Below, in pieces: positions 1-14,532 of a DNA stretch of 64,000 nucleotides. The position numbers were made by a program, and so were the translations under genes. The stretch lies in NCBI GenBank assembly GCA_964016885.1, contig OZ024743.1:193812001-193876000 (forward strand). Direction: 5' to 3'. The first letter of the stretch is position 1. Each line of letters starts with the position of its first letter. The notes below the pieces were generated by a model, which made no database searches, was not told the DNA's origin, and saw nothing but the letters and a program-made list of their open reading frames with translations. This DNA comes from Eledone cirrhosa. Taxonomy: Eukaryota.

Positions 1-38
<38 letters not shown>

Positions 39-914
39 TGTGTGTTTTTGTGTTTATCAACAGTTGTTGTCTGGTTGAAGAAAGATTATCAGAAATAATT
101 TTTGAAGACATTCAGTTTTATAATCACGTCACAAATATTATAATTCCATGTCATTTTAAGGACTTATATTGAAAATGACAGAGTTAATCCTTTCATTAAT
201 TCATTTGAAAACATCTGTGATAACATTGCAATTGACAAAGATCAAAATAACGTTTAAACCACGATGAACCAACATTCAGAATATTCTATTTAATAAATAT
301 CTTTTCCAGTATTTGATTAATTCCAATGTAAATACAATATATAGTAGCACCAAAATATCATTTAGCTATTCTAACTGTATTGATTCTTTGGCTAACTAAT
401 TAGCTGGACCTTCACCAAATTCTATGTAGACTTCTAATATATATTCTCTCTTCCACTTCATCTCAGATAACTAAATGATTAACAGTGACCAGGTTTTCCC
501 CGTTCTGTACTTGCTCATCCCGCCAAAACTGCTAAGAGTTGTAATGCAGAAAATCTTTAAAATAGTTTATAAGATAAAAAAAAAATCTAAGTTCCAGCTA
601 AACTTCAGCATATATAACCCCTACAACTGTTGAAAAGAATCAGCCATTATTTTCATCTGAGAGGCGTTCGTCTGCAAAGAAAAATTCTTTCAAGAAGTCA
701 TCACGAGAGCAAAGAATATATTTGAGCTATGCAACACCCCTCCCTAATTGTACCAGGGATTTCTGGTTCCCTGCTCAAGGAATTTCTCCTAATCGTTTTG
801 AATTTTACAATACGTTACTTACTTCTTTAACCCATATCTAAGTACAGTATCTATAGAAAGATTGCTGATCACATTGACTTTTTTTGTATAGAAAAAAACG
901 AGACAAAAGACGTG

Positions 915-1103
915 TAATAATTGTTTCTACTTTAGGCACAAGGCCAGCAATTACCCAGTGCATTACTGGTACTTTATTTTATCGACCCCGTAAGGATGAA
1001 AGGCAAAGTCAACCTCGGCGGGATTTGAACTCAGATCGTAAAGGGACGTAACTATGCTGAAAAGCATGGTGTCTGACCCTCTACCGATACTGCCAATCCA
1101 CCG
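915..1103 (-). mobile_element. tRNA-derived SINE, family A (possibly MetaSINE-like core)
   Basis: Minus strand has A-box TGGCAGTATCGG, B-box GAGTTCAAATCC, core GCCTTTCATCCTTACGGGGTCGATAAAATAAAGTACCAG and an (ATT)-type tail. About 12 copies occur in the window. Confidence 0.8.
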
Positions 1104-1329
1104 AGGCAAAATTGTTTTATTTCTAAAAATTACAGAAAAGATACATAAAAAGCAGCACCACACACGTATACATGTACACGTGCAATTACACACTCGCATG
1201 AAGCGCATTCCAGATTGAATTTAAGTAAATACATTTTACTTGCCAGATGAACATATCCTACATAACCTACATCTAAATCATCCATCTAAACCTTTTTTGT
1301 ATTTTTTACTGCAACTACAAGGGTTCCTA

Positions 1330-1515
1330 CACCCTCACCACTACCATCATCATCGCAACAACGACGATGGCAATTACCACCACTACCACCAACAGCAACA
1401 ACACCTCTGCCACTACCAGCACCACCCCCACTGCACCAGCATCCCCACGCCGACGACGATTAAACACCCCCACCACCACCACCATCGCCGTTATCGTCGT
1501 CGTCGTCGATGTCGC

Positions 1516-1546
<31 letters not shown>

Positions 1547-1561
1547 GTCGTCACCATCATT
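1330..1561. repeat. compound CAC/CAT/CGT trinucleotide low-complexity tract
   Basis: Read directly from the sequence. Confidence 0.85.
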
Positions 1562-1699
1562 TACCCAAACTTACTCATTATATAGAAAATCTTTTTCAAA
1601 CGCCCTGTCCATCATTTTTTCCCTGAGCACTAACATAAAACAATTCAAATTAGTCGTCAGTCACGAATTAACCTCAGTGCATTATTTTTGTATGGTAGC

Positions 1700-1851
1700 A
1701 AATTGACAGTGTCTTTAGAATGTCGGATTGAATGCTCCGTGCTATTTGTTCCAGCTCTTTACGTTCTGAGTTCAAATCCCACCGAAGTCAAATTTACCTT
1801 TTATACTTTCTAGGTCAATAAATAAAATACCAGTCCGGTATTGGGGTCAAT
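1700..1851 (+). mobile_element. SINE family A, diverged
   Basis: GTTCTGAGTTCAAATCCCACCGAAGTCAA B-box plus a degenerate core. Confidence 0.7.
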
Positions 1852-3080
1852 GCCTGTTCTATATCTCTTTCTCACTTCCTCGCTTGCTCTCTCCCTGTCT
1901 TTTTCTTTGGAAGTATTCGGCTGTGTTCAGACATAGAGAGAGAGAGAGATGTGCTCCATCAGGTTTAAATGCTAGAAATATGCCGTATGTCGCTATAGTG
2001 TGTCCAAGTCTCAATCAGAAGTTGAGGAATCATGGATGGAAATATTCTCAGCATTTGTAGTTTATCAAGCTGATTTTCTCCAGAAAGTTTTCTAAAATGT
2101 TATAGTTCTTTATTGATAATACATCTGTCGTTGAAACATATTGATTTTTTATTTTTATTTTAATTTATAATTTCTTTCTCCAAAAGAAAAAATATTCCAA
2201 GCTATAATTTTACATTTTATTTTTCGTAATATATCCTAAGTTTATCTTAGTATTTCTTAGCCAAGACTATACACACCCATAAAATGTTTCTTTAAAAAAA
2301 ATGATGTCAATAGTGTATATTCTTTAAAATATTTATTTATAGAGTTAGTGTATCTCACTATGTATATTGATATGTCTGTCACATTTACAGAACTCCTCAC
2401 CAAAAAATCAAAAACCAAAAAACAAAATAAAAATGGCGGTTCTTCTTAAAGAAAATAAATTCGTTATAAAGAAATACTATTTACAGACTGAAATATTAGT
2501 TTAGCAACCTTTGGTCTCGTGGTAATTGCTTGACATAAACATTTTCTACATAAACACTGAATCATATTTTAGATATCAAGATGATCTCTCACTCTTGTTC
2601 TTTAGTGGTTCGTTTCTCAGTCTTTCAATTATTTCGATGGCGAGGATAATATAAACAAACTTGAACCTGTGCCACGATTACATCTCTTTACAGTCATGAG
2701 GAACCGATATGTTATACTAGGGACTAAGTATATACAATGTAGGTGTATAATGACAAGGATTGCAAAGAAATTAAACAAAATATCTGTAGGGCACTAAGAG
2801 GAATGTGGGAATGGTATAGTTCTGAACTCTAGATTTCTAGATATTCTTACTTCTCTTGTTAAAGTGAGTTTGACAGATGTTAAGAAATTACTTATACTAA
2901 GGCACGTGGTTTCATGATTGAGCTTGAATGAACTGTGGAGAGAAAGTACGAAAGTTCGGAATCCACGTCAGGAACAAAACTTGTACTGTGTTCCCGTAAA
3001 CCCTCGGGTATATTCTCAAGATCAATTAGACAGAAGACTAAAGAGAAAACATCGAGTGACATCACGTTTTGGAGGTAAAG

Positions 3081-3160
3081 TCTTCTTCTTCTTCTTCTTC
3101 TTCTTCTTCTTCTTCTTCTTCTTCTTCTTCTTCTTCTTCTTCTTCTTCTTCTTCTTCTTC
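3081..3160. repeat. (TTC)n microsatellite
   Basis: Pure TTC run; may be the (GAA)n tail of a minus-strand retroelement end to its right. Confidence 0.95.
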
Positions 3161-3311
3161 CGTAACTCTCAAGGGAGTCCTAGGGGCGTTTCTAGGGCAT
3201 TTTTAAAACCTGACAGAGCCCATCTCCTCTCCAGGTCTGAGTACAACAGATTTCTTCCAGAGAAGGATAGAAAAAGTGGGAGAATTGAAGTAAGAAAGAG
3301 ACACAGAGGAA

Positions 3312-3427
3312 GATTGACCCTAGAAGGCAAAAGGCAAAGTTGACCACCTCAGCGGTATTTGAGCTCAGAACGTAAAGGGTAGTAACTAAATGCTGAAAAA
3401 CATTTTGTCCGATTCTTCCAATCCATC
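3312..3427 (-). mobile_element. SINE family A, partial
   Basis: AAAGGCAAAGTTGACCACCTCAGCGGTATTTGAGCTCAGAACGTAAAGG matches 915-1103. Confidence 0.7.
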
Positions 3428-5398
3428 TTTTTCCTGTGCTACATAATCTAATACAAGCACAATATATCATCTAATGCGTTCTACGTCTTTTAAAGACGAC
3501 AGCGAGAAAAAGAGAGAGAGAGAGACAGAGACAGAGAGAGAGAGAGAGTGAGAGAGAGTGTGTGAGTGAGAGGTGTGGCTGCTTTTTCTAGCAGGTCGAA
3601 TGATCACACAATGTCTTCTCAATTGACACGAGATGACATGATTTGTTTAGTTGTGTTCCTTTATGTTGTGAATTAAGATATTTTAGCGCTAACTTTTGAC
3701 TTTCAATCCTTCCATGTTCTGAAATATGTACTAGCCAAGTACAGAGGTGGTATGTTGTTTATCGACTAAACCCTCTCATCAAATATGTGGCCCAGCCAAT
3801 TCCCATCGATTTTTCCTTTCATCTTCCGAGGATCGATAAAATCGATACCAACCAAGCACAGAAGTCATTTTCTTTATCAATTGTGCATTTTCCCAACATG
3901 CGCAATGTGCTAATGTATGAAATAATATATTTTAACAATAAACCTGATTTTCTAAATCTTTCACCCTTTAAAAATAAACGGGACTGTCTTTATGTAGTCT
4001 CTCGAATTGTTAGAAATAACAGCCGCAAACCACCAAAATAACAAGCTAGCGTCTTGAAAACGGAATGATGTATTGATAATGTAGTACTAGATTCATTATA
4101 TCTGAATAAAGAAAGGTTAAATTATAAGCCTACCCTATCAGGGCTGACCAAGTGCTTATACCAACAACATAATGAACAACAGCAACCACAGAAGCAACAA
4201 CAACAGCAATAGCAGAGGTAACAACAACAACAACAGCAACCGCAGAAATAACAACAGCAGCGACCGCAGAAGCAACAATAACAAAAGCCGTAGCAGCAGA
4301 AGCAACAATAACAACGACAACGGCCAGCACTATTGTGATAAATAAAGCTAGTTGCAAGACTTGTAGTGATCAGGGGTACCTTTCAAATATTGATCAGCTG
4401 TATTTATATTTGCAAAGTTAATGAAATATTCGTGCCCAGGTAAAGAACCTAGGACGCATCTAGAAGAATATCAATAAAAAAGGTAAAACATTGTAGCTAG
4501 GGTTCACAGCTATGTACAAGCACAGAAAAAAAGCATTTCGAAAGGAAAGAAAAGTGTTTAAAAGAGAAACAACACACACACAAAAAAGCAATCCTTTAAA
4601 CTGTTGCGTATATGAAGATAGTAAAATATTCTATCGGGCAGCTGGGACGAAATAAATGAAGGAGAAAACTTGGCAGAGCATTCTGCTAAATACTTACTTT
4701 CTTTTCGTGAAAAATGAAACATTTGTCAGTTGGAAAAGCCACTGAACCCGACTAATATATTCGACAGATTGTAGATAACAACAAAACGTGAAGAAATAAA
4801 TCAACAGTAAAAACGACAAAAAAAACAAACAAAAAAAAATCAACAAGAGCAACAACAAAAACTTTCATAGGGTTACAACTGAACATTGTTGATGGTATGT
4901 TGCTTGCTTTCAGGGAGAACTAAAACGATGAGAAGTGAGATCTTCCATCATTTAGTTCACGGAATTCAACGCCTTTCCTTCTTTTACACCGAATATGCTG
5001 TCATTTAAAGTGAATATATTATCACTTCTGTTATTTCAATGTAAACGGTGAAAATGAAAAATGTCGACGATCAAAACTGTGCTTCGACGATCAGAAAAAA
5101 GAAAATGGCTGAAGCAAATGAAGATGTGGACAAGAAAATGTTTGGTACAAGAAAAAAATATCTATGACATGTAAGTAGAAGACAAAAAAAAGAATCAAAG
5201 AAGACGGAGTGTAAGAGTAAAAATGAAATAATCTCAAAAGATAAACTACGTCCACTATTCTTAATTTCTTTAGAATCAAATTATATTCTGTATGTCCATT
5301 ATTGTTAATTCTGTTAGCTTCTGTGCATTTAATAATTACTGTGGATTCGGTTAATTTTTTTAGAAAAATTATTTTCTAATAACATTTTTTTCTTCTCA

Positions 5399-6956
<1,558 letters not shown>

Positions 6957-7269
6957 ATAATTATGTTGCTTTCACTGGAAGCTATATCATTATAACCTAT
7001 TATTTCTTTATAAGAAAAGTCGGTGACATAATGACACAGTCATGAAATAATAACTATAAAATAAAATAAAATAGAATAAAATAAATAAATAAATTTGTCT
7101 GTTGAAGATACTGAGATTAGCTCTTAGTTTAATGATCCTTAGTAGCTGGTATGTCTCTTTTGCTTATTCAGCATTTGCAATGCTTCCTGCTAGTTTGTAA
7201 GTGTGAAGATCACCCTATGATATATCCAGTTCTCTTTTTCCTTTTTTCCTTTTCCCTTTCGTTTTCCCA

Positions 7270-7857
7270 AAGCTGGAGGCTCATAAGGCTAGCGCTTATC
7301 TCAGTTTCATTGACGTTAAGTGGCTGAGAGTAAAAGACTAACCTCCTGGACTGGACGACAGTCCATCGCAGGATTAAGCTCCCCCAGCTACTGCTGTTAC
7401 TGGTTTTCTGTTGTATGGAGTGGATCAACGTTAAATTACGTGTTGAGCTAAAGAACACAACGCATCATTTGTTCGAGAAATCAAACCCATGACATTATGA
7501 TCGGCAGTCCATTAGGCCAGTGGCGTGCAACAGGCGGCCCGCGGGCCACAACCAGGTCCACCAGACCAGTCAAAATGGCCCACGATGACCGTTTTTAAAT
7601 TTTACCTTGTAGGCTTATTTAGAATTTTTTTCGTAAACGTAATACAATTTTCTGTTAGTTGACCTATACTAAATGGCTTCACTGATAGGGTTATGTGTGT
7701 TATAATTTCTCAGTTCTATGTCATGGAAATAAGTTGTGGGGAATCTTTGGAATAGTGCTTAATAAATATTAATGGCCCTAATAGTTGTTCGAATGTTCAA
7801 AAGTGGCCCGCCAATGGAATATGTTGCACACCCCTGCATTAGACCATACCTCTTCAC
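7270..7857 (-). mobile_element. tRNA-derived SINE, family B, interrupted by a hAT MITE
   Basis: Reverse complement matches 34435-34710 (CTGCGATGGACTG..., GAAACTGAGATAAGC). The head resumes after the MITE at 7837. Confidence 0.65.
7518..7836. mobile_element. hAT (Charlie-like) MITE
   Basis: TIRs CAGTGGCGTGCAAC and GTTGCACACCCCTG, 8-bp TSD CATTAGGC/CATTAGAC, and subterminal CGGCCCGCGGGCCAC. Confidence 0.8.
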
Positions 7858-7926
7858 TATATGCTGTTCGCCCGTCATGATTCGTACTCTGCTCTCACGA
7901 GCATGATAACTTGATCAGTTGCTCCT

Positions 7927-8220
7927 AAATATATTCAGAGTATAATGAATATACGCAAATATAAATACATTCAGAGTATAATGAATATACGCAAATATAA
8001 ATACATTCAGAGTATAATGAATATACACAAATATAAATACATTCAGAGTATAATGAATATACGCAAATATAAATACATTCAGAGTATAATGAATATACAC
8101 AAATATAAATACATTCAGAGTATAATGAATATACGCAAATATAAATACATACAGAATATTATGAATATACACAAATATAAATGCATACAGATGAATATAC
8201 ACAAATATAAATGCATACAC
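7927..8220. repeat. 36-bp minisatellite, about 8 copies
   Basis: Unit AAATATAAATACATTCAGAGTATAATGAATATAC(G/A)C repeated with no spacers. Confidence 0.9.
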
Positions 8221-9192
8221 TGATACGTAAGCATATTTTACTCCGAAAACCGAGCTTCATACGTATTTTTCTATACAAATTAGCAAAATAAGCTAGTGTT
8301 TAAACATTTTCTTTTAAACATTCGTTTGGCGGTTGATCTAATGGAAATTTTCTGAAATTTAACATTAAGCATGACGTGTCAATTTTATGGGAAAATGTGT
8401 ATTGGATTAACGGCACAGCTTAGTGAGCAAAACTACTCGATCAGCTGTTGTAATGATGTAAATAGTTATCATAACTTAAGAAAATATTATATTAACGCAT
8501 TGTTGATTTCTATACAAAATAATTAATAAAAACTTTGCTTGTTATTGCAGCAAAACTAACACAGAGTTGAAAATAATATAACAGCAAATTCTCCGTCTTT
8601 AACTAATTAGACATCATTTTTCATTTCAGTAAAAAAAAAGCAACAAAATAAAAAAAAACAACAACAACAAAAAACAACAAAACAAAGCAAAAACATTTAA
8701 TGAAAATTTAGAATTAAATTAGAAAACACATCAGCTTTAAAAGGATCTTAAATATAATTGTTAAAACACACTATAACAAAATTATATGTATTATTATCAT
8801 CACTTAGATGTTAACATGACACATTTTACAGAATGTGATGGAAACGGTAATAATCAAAGGTGGCAGTTTCCTGGATTACTGGTTAGAGTTGAAAATCTGT
8901 TCTGTATCTTGTACGATTAACTACGTGTAATCATGACGGTACAGAACCATTGAATTTGAATTATTTATTTAGTGATTTGAATCTGTATTAGAAATATCGT
9001 TTAATTGTTTAAAACAACAATTATTGCATTTAAAACATGTCAACATTCTGCTGTTGAAATCTCAATATTTTATTAACATCAAATTTAATGGAATAATATT
9101 GATGCAGATGGTTGGAAACAGGATTCAATGATTGTTAGTAAGGAGTTGAGTTTACTGTCTCATAAGCATGGATTCAATTACTACCGTTATAT

Positions 9193-9335
9193 GAATTGGC
9201 AGAGCCGTTAGAATGTCGGATAGATTGTTTTTCTGCATTCGTTCCAGCTTTTTGTGTCTCTGAGTTCAAATTCCGCCAAGGTCAACTTTGCCTTCACCCT
9301 TTCGAAGTCGATAGAAAATGTACCAATCCAGTACT
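9193..9335 (+). mobile_element. SINE family A
   Basis: TGGCAGAGCCGTTAG A-box, GAGTTCAAATTCC B-box and the family core. Confidence 0.75.
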
Positions 9336-10019
9336 AAGATCAATTCTCACCCCAACACTCTCTCTAGAAGAAATCGGCTAAGATCCAGCCTGAAGAGAGG
9401 ATGGGCACCGAAAGGTTTTAAAATGTTCATGTATGTTACTAGGCGCTCCTAAGATTCCATCAGAGGTTACGGGTCCATTACTACCTGTATATGCAACGCA
9501 TTTCTGTGAGTAGAAATAATGTTTTTTTTTCTAAAGTACTGGAGTTGATTCAATTGACTATACAACACTTTGTCATTAAAAATAAATTAATATCATAATA
9601 TAAAATATTTAAAAATCCGATTTTATGGGACAGGAATGAGAAGTCCTTAAATTATTCTAATAGGTCATAACAGTTGAGGATGTAAGCAGTGTTTGAACAT
9701 AGGAGAATGTATTGAACTAAACTCGAGAATTTATGGTGTAAATGAAATGTGAATAGGAAGAAGTTGTCTCAGATTGGCGTCACTGTAAAATATAAGGTCA
9801 AGCTTTTCAGGATTTAATTGATCGCTCGGTATAATACATGAAGTTGATTTAATCCCCAATATAATACAGGTACTTGTGTTAAACCGTTGTCGAAGTTTAT
9901 CCAACACTCAATATAATACTGGCATTTATGCTATTTAACGCGTCAACGAAATTGATTTAATGCTCACTGGTACTTATTCTATTTATCCCGTAAATTATCT
10001 GTACAACGTAATCATAAAG

Positions 10020-10550
10020 CATGGCTTGGATGCTGCAGGCTTCCCATTCTAGGTCGAACCGGCGGGGCTGGGCCGAGGGGACAGCAAAAAGCCAGATCGC
10101 CTGACCATCTTTCCGTTCCGCGGTGGTAAACCCCTCATCTGGTATGCCACATGCAGCGACACTTTCTCCAGCAGCAACCTGGTGCAGTCTGACACTAATC
10201 CAGGTTCTGCTGCAGTTCGGTCCGAGGAGGATAAACTCTCCAAATATCAGTCGCTCTCAGATAGGTTTGCTGCCGAACCCGTAGCAGTGAAAACATCTGG
10301 TGTCCTTGGCTCAAGGACCACCTCCCTACTCACGACCATCGGCACGGAGTTGGCTACCCGCAGGTGTGAGCCTCACGATCTGCAATGGCTCTTCCAACGC
10401 GTCTCCCTCCCCCTCCTCCGAGGAAACGCCTTCTCTATTCTGTCCGCCGGGATCGCGGCCGGCCGGCTAGCACGTGGGTTCCTATTTGCATATGATAGTG
10501 AGAGATAGGGAGAGCGAGAGAGACGGAGGTGAGGCAGAGTGAAAGAGAGA
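10020..10550 (+). mobile_element. 3' fragment of a CRE-like non-LTR retrotransposon (restriction-like endonuclease domain)
   Basis: Translation EPAGLGRGDSKKPDRLTIFPFRGGKPLIW...AAVRSEEDKLSKY...PVAVKTSGVLG...WLFQRVSLPLLRGNA follows the CRE-clade RLE C-terminal pattern. Confidence 0.75.
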
Positions 10551-11842
10551 GAACATCAACGCACACACAAACTTGATACGACAACGACTGTGTGTACAAC
10601 ATTATCCAGGTAAAAATTTAAATACAACAAATATTACATAGAATTAAGAGGGTGTCATTGTTTGCATTACTTTAGCCCTCTAGAAAAACAATAATTTTAC
10701 ATAGTTTTGTTTTGTTTTCACACAGTGAAAATTCATTTTGCTTTTTGATAAAACATTTAAAAACACAATAGAATCAATTTCAATGAAAGTTTTCTCTTTA
10801 ATGATATAATTAATCAGGCCTAACTAACGCTGGTTGAGGAGCATGTGTGTTCTGCAAAGAATACTCAATAGGATTTCATTAAATCTTGATCTAATCCAGG
10901 AACAGGTAGACTTTTCTTAATGAACAATAAATAAGATAGTCGATTATATGAAACCCACTCGAGATATTCTGCTTGAAGCAAGATTTTAAAATTATGTGAT
11001 TTCGAATTTTCAAAATAAAACTCTTTCATTTGGTGCCAAGATGCAGTTGGATTGCTGCACGAATTTAAATTATTTCACGTTTTTTTTTTTTGTTTTATAT
11101 ATTGGGTAATTGTAGCAATCAAAATGGAAGGCTGATATTCAAGATGAGCAAGGATTATAATTTCTAAAATAGAGAAATAAAAAAAATACCCCAAAATCAG
11201 GCAACTGAAAAAATAGAAAGTAACTATGAATGATTACGATTACCATAAGTTCTTCAAAGCTTCAGAACATTTTAATATTTTAATGAGATAACATCGGCCT
11301 AAAATGGGTTATTGAAACGTTGTGTCATGTGATACACATCTGTAATATCATGAATCTCTAATAATTATATCCTATGCTGAGCTGGTTTAAAAAAAAAAAA
11401 CGTTCTCCAGCTTTATATTATGGCTAATGACTTGTTTTAAATTCACTTCTGTTTGCTTTGCATACACGATAGATGATATACTCATTATCTCACGGAAGGA
11501 CAGGAAATAATAAAGAACATTCCATGAAGCAACATTCCATGAATAAAAAATATAAGAAAACTCCAAATAAATAACCTTGAGCAAAACAATGTTGAAGAAA
11601 TATAGTGAGAAATAAATCAAAGATTTGTCATTATATTCTAAATTTGAAATGGGAAAGAACAACCATTGTTTTTCCTTTGCCTTTGTTGTTAAGACATCAG
11701 GTTTGAAATAAAACCAATATTTCTTTATTTCTAAACACAAAGAAGAGCAAGATTGTGAAAATGAATACTTCATATGAATATATGCTGTCACTTCTCACTT
11801 GATATACCCCACTCTCCCTCAACACAAATGTTCCCCCTCCTC

Positions 11843-12181
<339 letters not shown>

Positions 12182-12230
12182 GAGGCGTAAGATGAGAAAA
12201 TTATAAAATTAACTTACTTACTAAAATATC

Positions 12231-12312
12231 ACTTCCAACTAATTAGTTTCTGGAATGGAGTAGATACATCTTCCGAAGAAGATGTAGAGAAACATCCCGT
12301 CATCAGGAAAGT
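12231..12312 (-). ncRNA. type I hammerhead ribozyme motif, R1 copy 1
   Basis: ACUUUC-CUGAUGA-C-GGGAUG...UACAUCUUC-UUCG-GAAGAUGUA...CAUUCC-A-GAAA-CUAAUUAG-UU-GGAAGU. Confidence 0.8.
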
Positions 12313-12752
12313 CAATTCTCATATAAGCTTCCAGGCAAAGCGAGGACACTGGAAGCTTATTAAAAAATAAATCAGTGAATAGGAAATAGCAAAGCGTGGA
12401 CTTAATTCCTAGCCATTGAGAAAATCACTGCCTCTGTGTCCGTGGCAAATTCAAAAAGAATCGAACACGTGACGTCGAGGTCAATCGGTGGAAAGTGGGC
12501 TGTTAATAAGACAGCGGCCGGCCTACTACAGTAGTAGCAGTCATGGCCAGTATTGCTCGACAAATATTTTGGAGATAATAATAAAGAATTTATATCTAGT
12601 AACATATATATACATACAAATGCATATCGATGCTAGCAAATATATAGGTTTTGTCTTAATAACATTGTGGTTCAATGCATTGGGTTGCAGAACAATAATA
12701 TAAGAAGCGTAAGATAAGAAAATTATAAAATTAACTTACTTACTAAAATATC

Positions 12753-12834
12753 ACTTCCAACTAATTAGTTTCTGGAATGGAGTAGATACATCTTCCGAAG
12801 AAGATGTAGAGAAACATCCCGTCATCAGGAAAGT
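12753..12834 (-). ncRNA. type I hammerhead ribozyme motif, R1 copy 2
   Basis: Same motif as 12231-12312, one monomer away. Confidence 0.8.
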
Positions 12835-13158
12835 CAATTCTCATATAAGCTTCCAGGCAAAGCGAGGACACTTTGCTATTTCCTATTCACTGGTTTATTT
12901 TTTAATAAGCTTCCATTTTTTTAATAAGCTTTTTTAATAAGCTTCCAGGCCGGCCGCTGTCTTATTAACAACCCACTTTCCACCGATTGACCTCAACGTC
13001 ACGTGTTCGATTCTTTTTGAATTTGCCACGGACACAGAGGCAGTGATTTTCTCAATGGCTAGGAAGTAAGTCCACGCTTTGCTATTTCCTATTCACTGAT
13101 TTATTTTTTAATAAGCTTCCAGTGTCCTCGCTTTGCCTGGAAGCTTATATGAGAATTG

Positions 13159-13240
13159 ACTTTCCTGATGACGGGATGTTTCTCTACACCTTCTTCGGAA
13201 GATGTATCTACTCCATTCCAGAAACTAATTAGTTGGAAGT
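13159..13240 (+). ncRNA. type I hammerhead ribozyme motif, R1 inverted copy
   Basis: ACTTTC CTGATGA CGGGATG...CATTCCA GAAA CTAATTAG TT GGAAGT. Confidence 0.8.
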
Positions 13241-13421
13241 GATATTTTAGTAAGTAAGTTAATTTTATAATTTTCTTATATTATTGTTCTGCAACCCCAT
13301 GCATTGAACCACAATGTTATTAAGACAAAACCTATATATTTGCTAGCATTGATATGCATTTGTATGTATATATATGTTACTAGATATAAATTCTTTATTA
13401 TATATATATATATATATATAT

Positions 13422-14532
13422 AATTTAATACAATAACAGAGATAGCTTAACGCTAAACTCCGACTGGCAACCATCTCACTCAACAAACATTAGGTTATAT
13501 GTAAACCCGGAGTTTAGCGTTAAGCTATCTCTGTTATTGTATTAAATATGTTACTCTTGATTTGGCCAGAGGTATTTATTTCCAGGTACCTTATAAGTAT
13601 GACTTTCCGTATTTGTTACTGTTGTGAGATATGGAGGTTTTTTGGTTGTCACTTCTCTGTTTTTAGCCTAAGAAAATATATATATGCGTGTGTAAATAAT
13701 TGCATATATACATTTATTTTTTAAAATTAATTGAGTTCTTAACACGTGGAATTGATAATAGTTTTAAATAACTAATTAACCCGCGTGTATTAAATATTTT
13801 ACTCTTAATTTGGCCAGAGATTTACATTCCCAATCGCCTTTAAAGCGTAACCTTCCGTATTTGCTGCGGTGATGTGATGTGGTTTATTATTTTGGCATCA
13901 CCTCTGTTTTTAGCCTAAGAAAATATCTATATGCGTGTGTAATTAATACACGCATACATTTATTTTTTAAATTTCAATTGAGTTCTTAACACGTTGGATT
14001 GATAATGTTTTTGAAAAAACTAATTAACCCGAGTTTATATTATTTTTTTCTTTTCTCGTGTATCGTGGTTGTCTCCCCTTCCCGCTTCGTGACGCTATGA
14101 AACTTCCTCAGTCAAAAAACTGCTGGAATTTCAAATTTGGCGGTCATTCGATGCATGAGGGAGCAGCTTAGCAGACACGATTTTTAACTGCGGTAAGAAT
14201 TTTTTCTTATATCAAAGTTTAATGGGCTTCCACTGAAGATTTATAAGTACCCACCTAAATATATTCTTACATGAATATATGTTAGGCTTCTACATAAACT
14301 GGAAACATTCTCCCAATTTGTAGAAAACTTATAATGAAACAATTGTTTGGAAAGAGAGATATATTTTAACTTTAATTATATCTAATAAAATAATACAACT
14401 GGCTTTCCACAAAATACATATAGTTAGCACCCCAAACACATAAATTGGGTTATACTAACATATAACCTAATGTTTGTTGAGTGAGATGGTTGCCAGTCGG
14501 AGTTTAGCGTTAAGCTATCTCTGTTATTGTAT

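Larger units (their letters stand above)
12183..13400. mobile_element. non-coding hammerhead-bearing element, family R1 (retrozyme or PLE pseudo-LTR-like): about 1.3 tandem 522-bp monomers on - plus an inverted monomer on +
   Basis: Direct repeat with period 522 (12231 vs 12753), inverted copy at about 12948-13400, (TA)n on both sides and three hammerhead motifs. Confidence 0.8.

Noticed and set aside
7927-8220. 36-bp repeat as a CRISPR array
   Set aside because: The units are contiguous with no unique spacers, there are no cas genes, and the context is eukaryotic.
11387-11791. 134-aa minus-strand ORF as a host exon
   Set aside because: AT-rich with no recognisable motif or supporting splice context.
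13005-13016. Pol III B-box GTTCGATTC in R1
   Set aside because: It is not conserved in R2 (GATTGATTC) and no A-box was found.
13035-13160. HDV-like ribozyme suggested by the TCCTCGC loop
   Set aside because: P3/L3 spacing is too short, and I could not place a separate P2 or a J4/2 catalytic C in either family.
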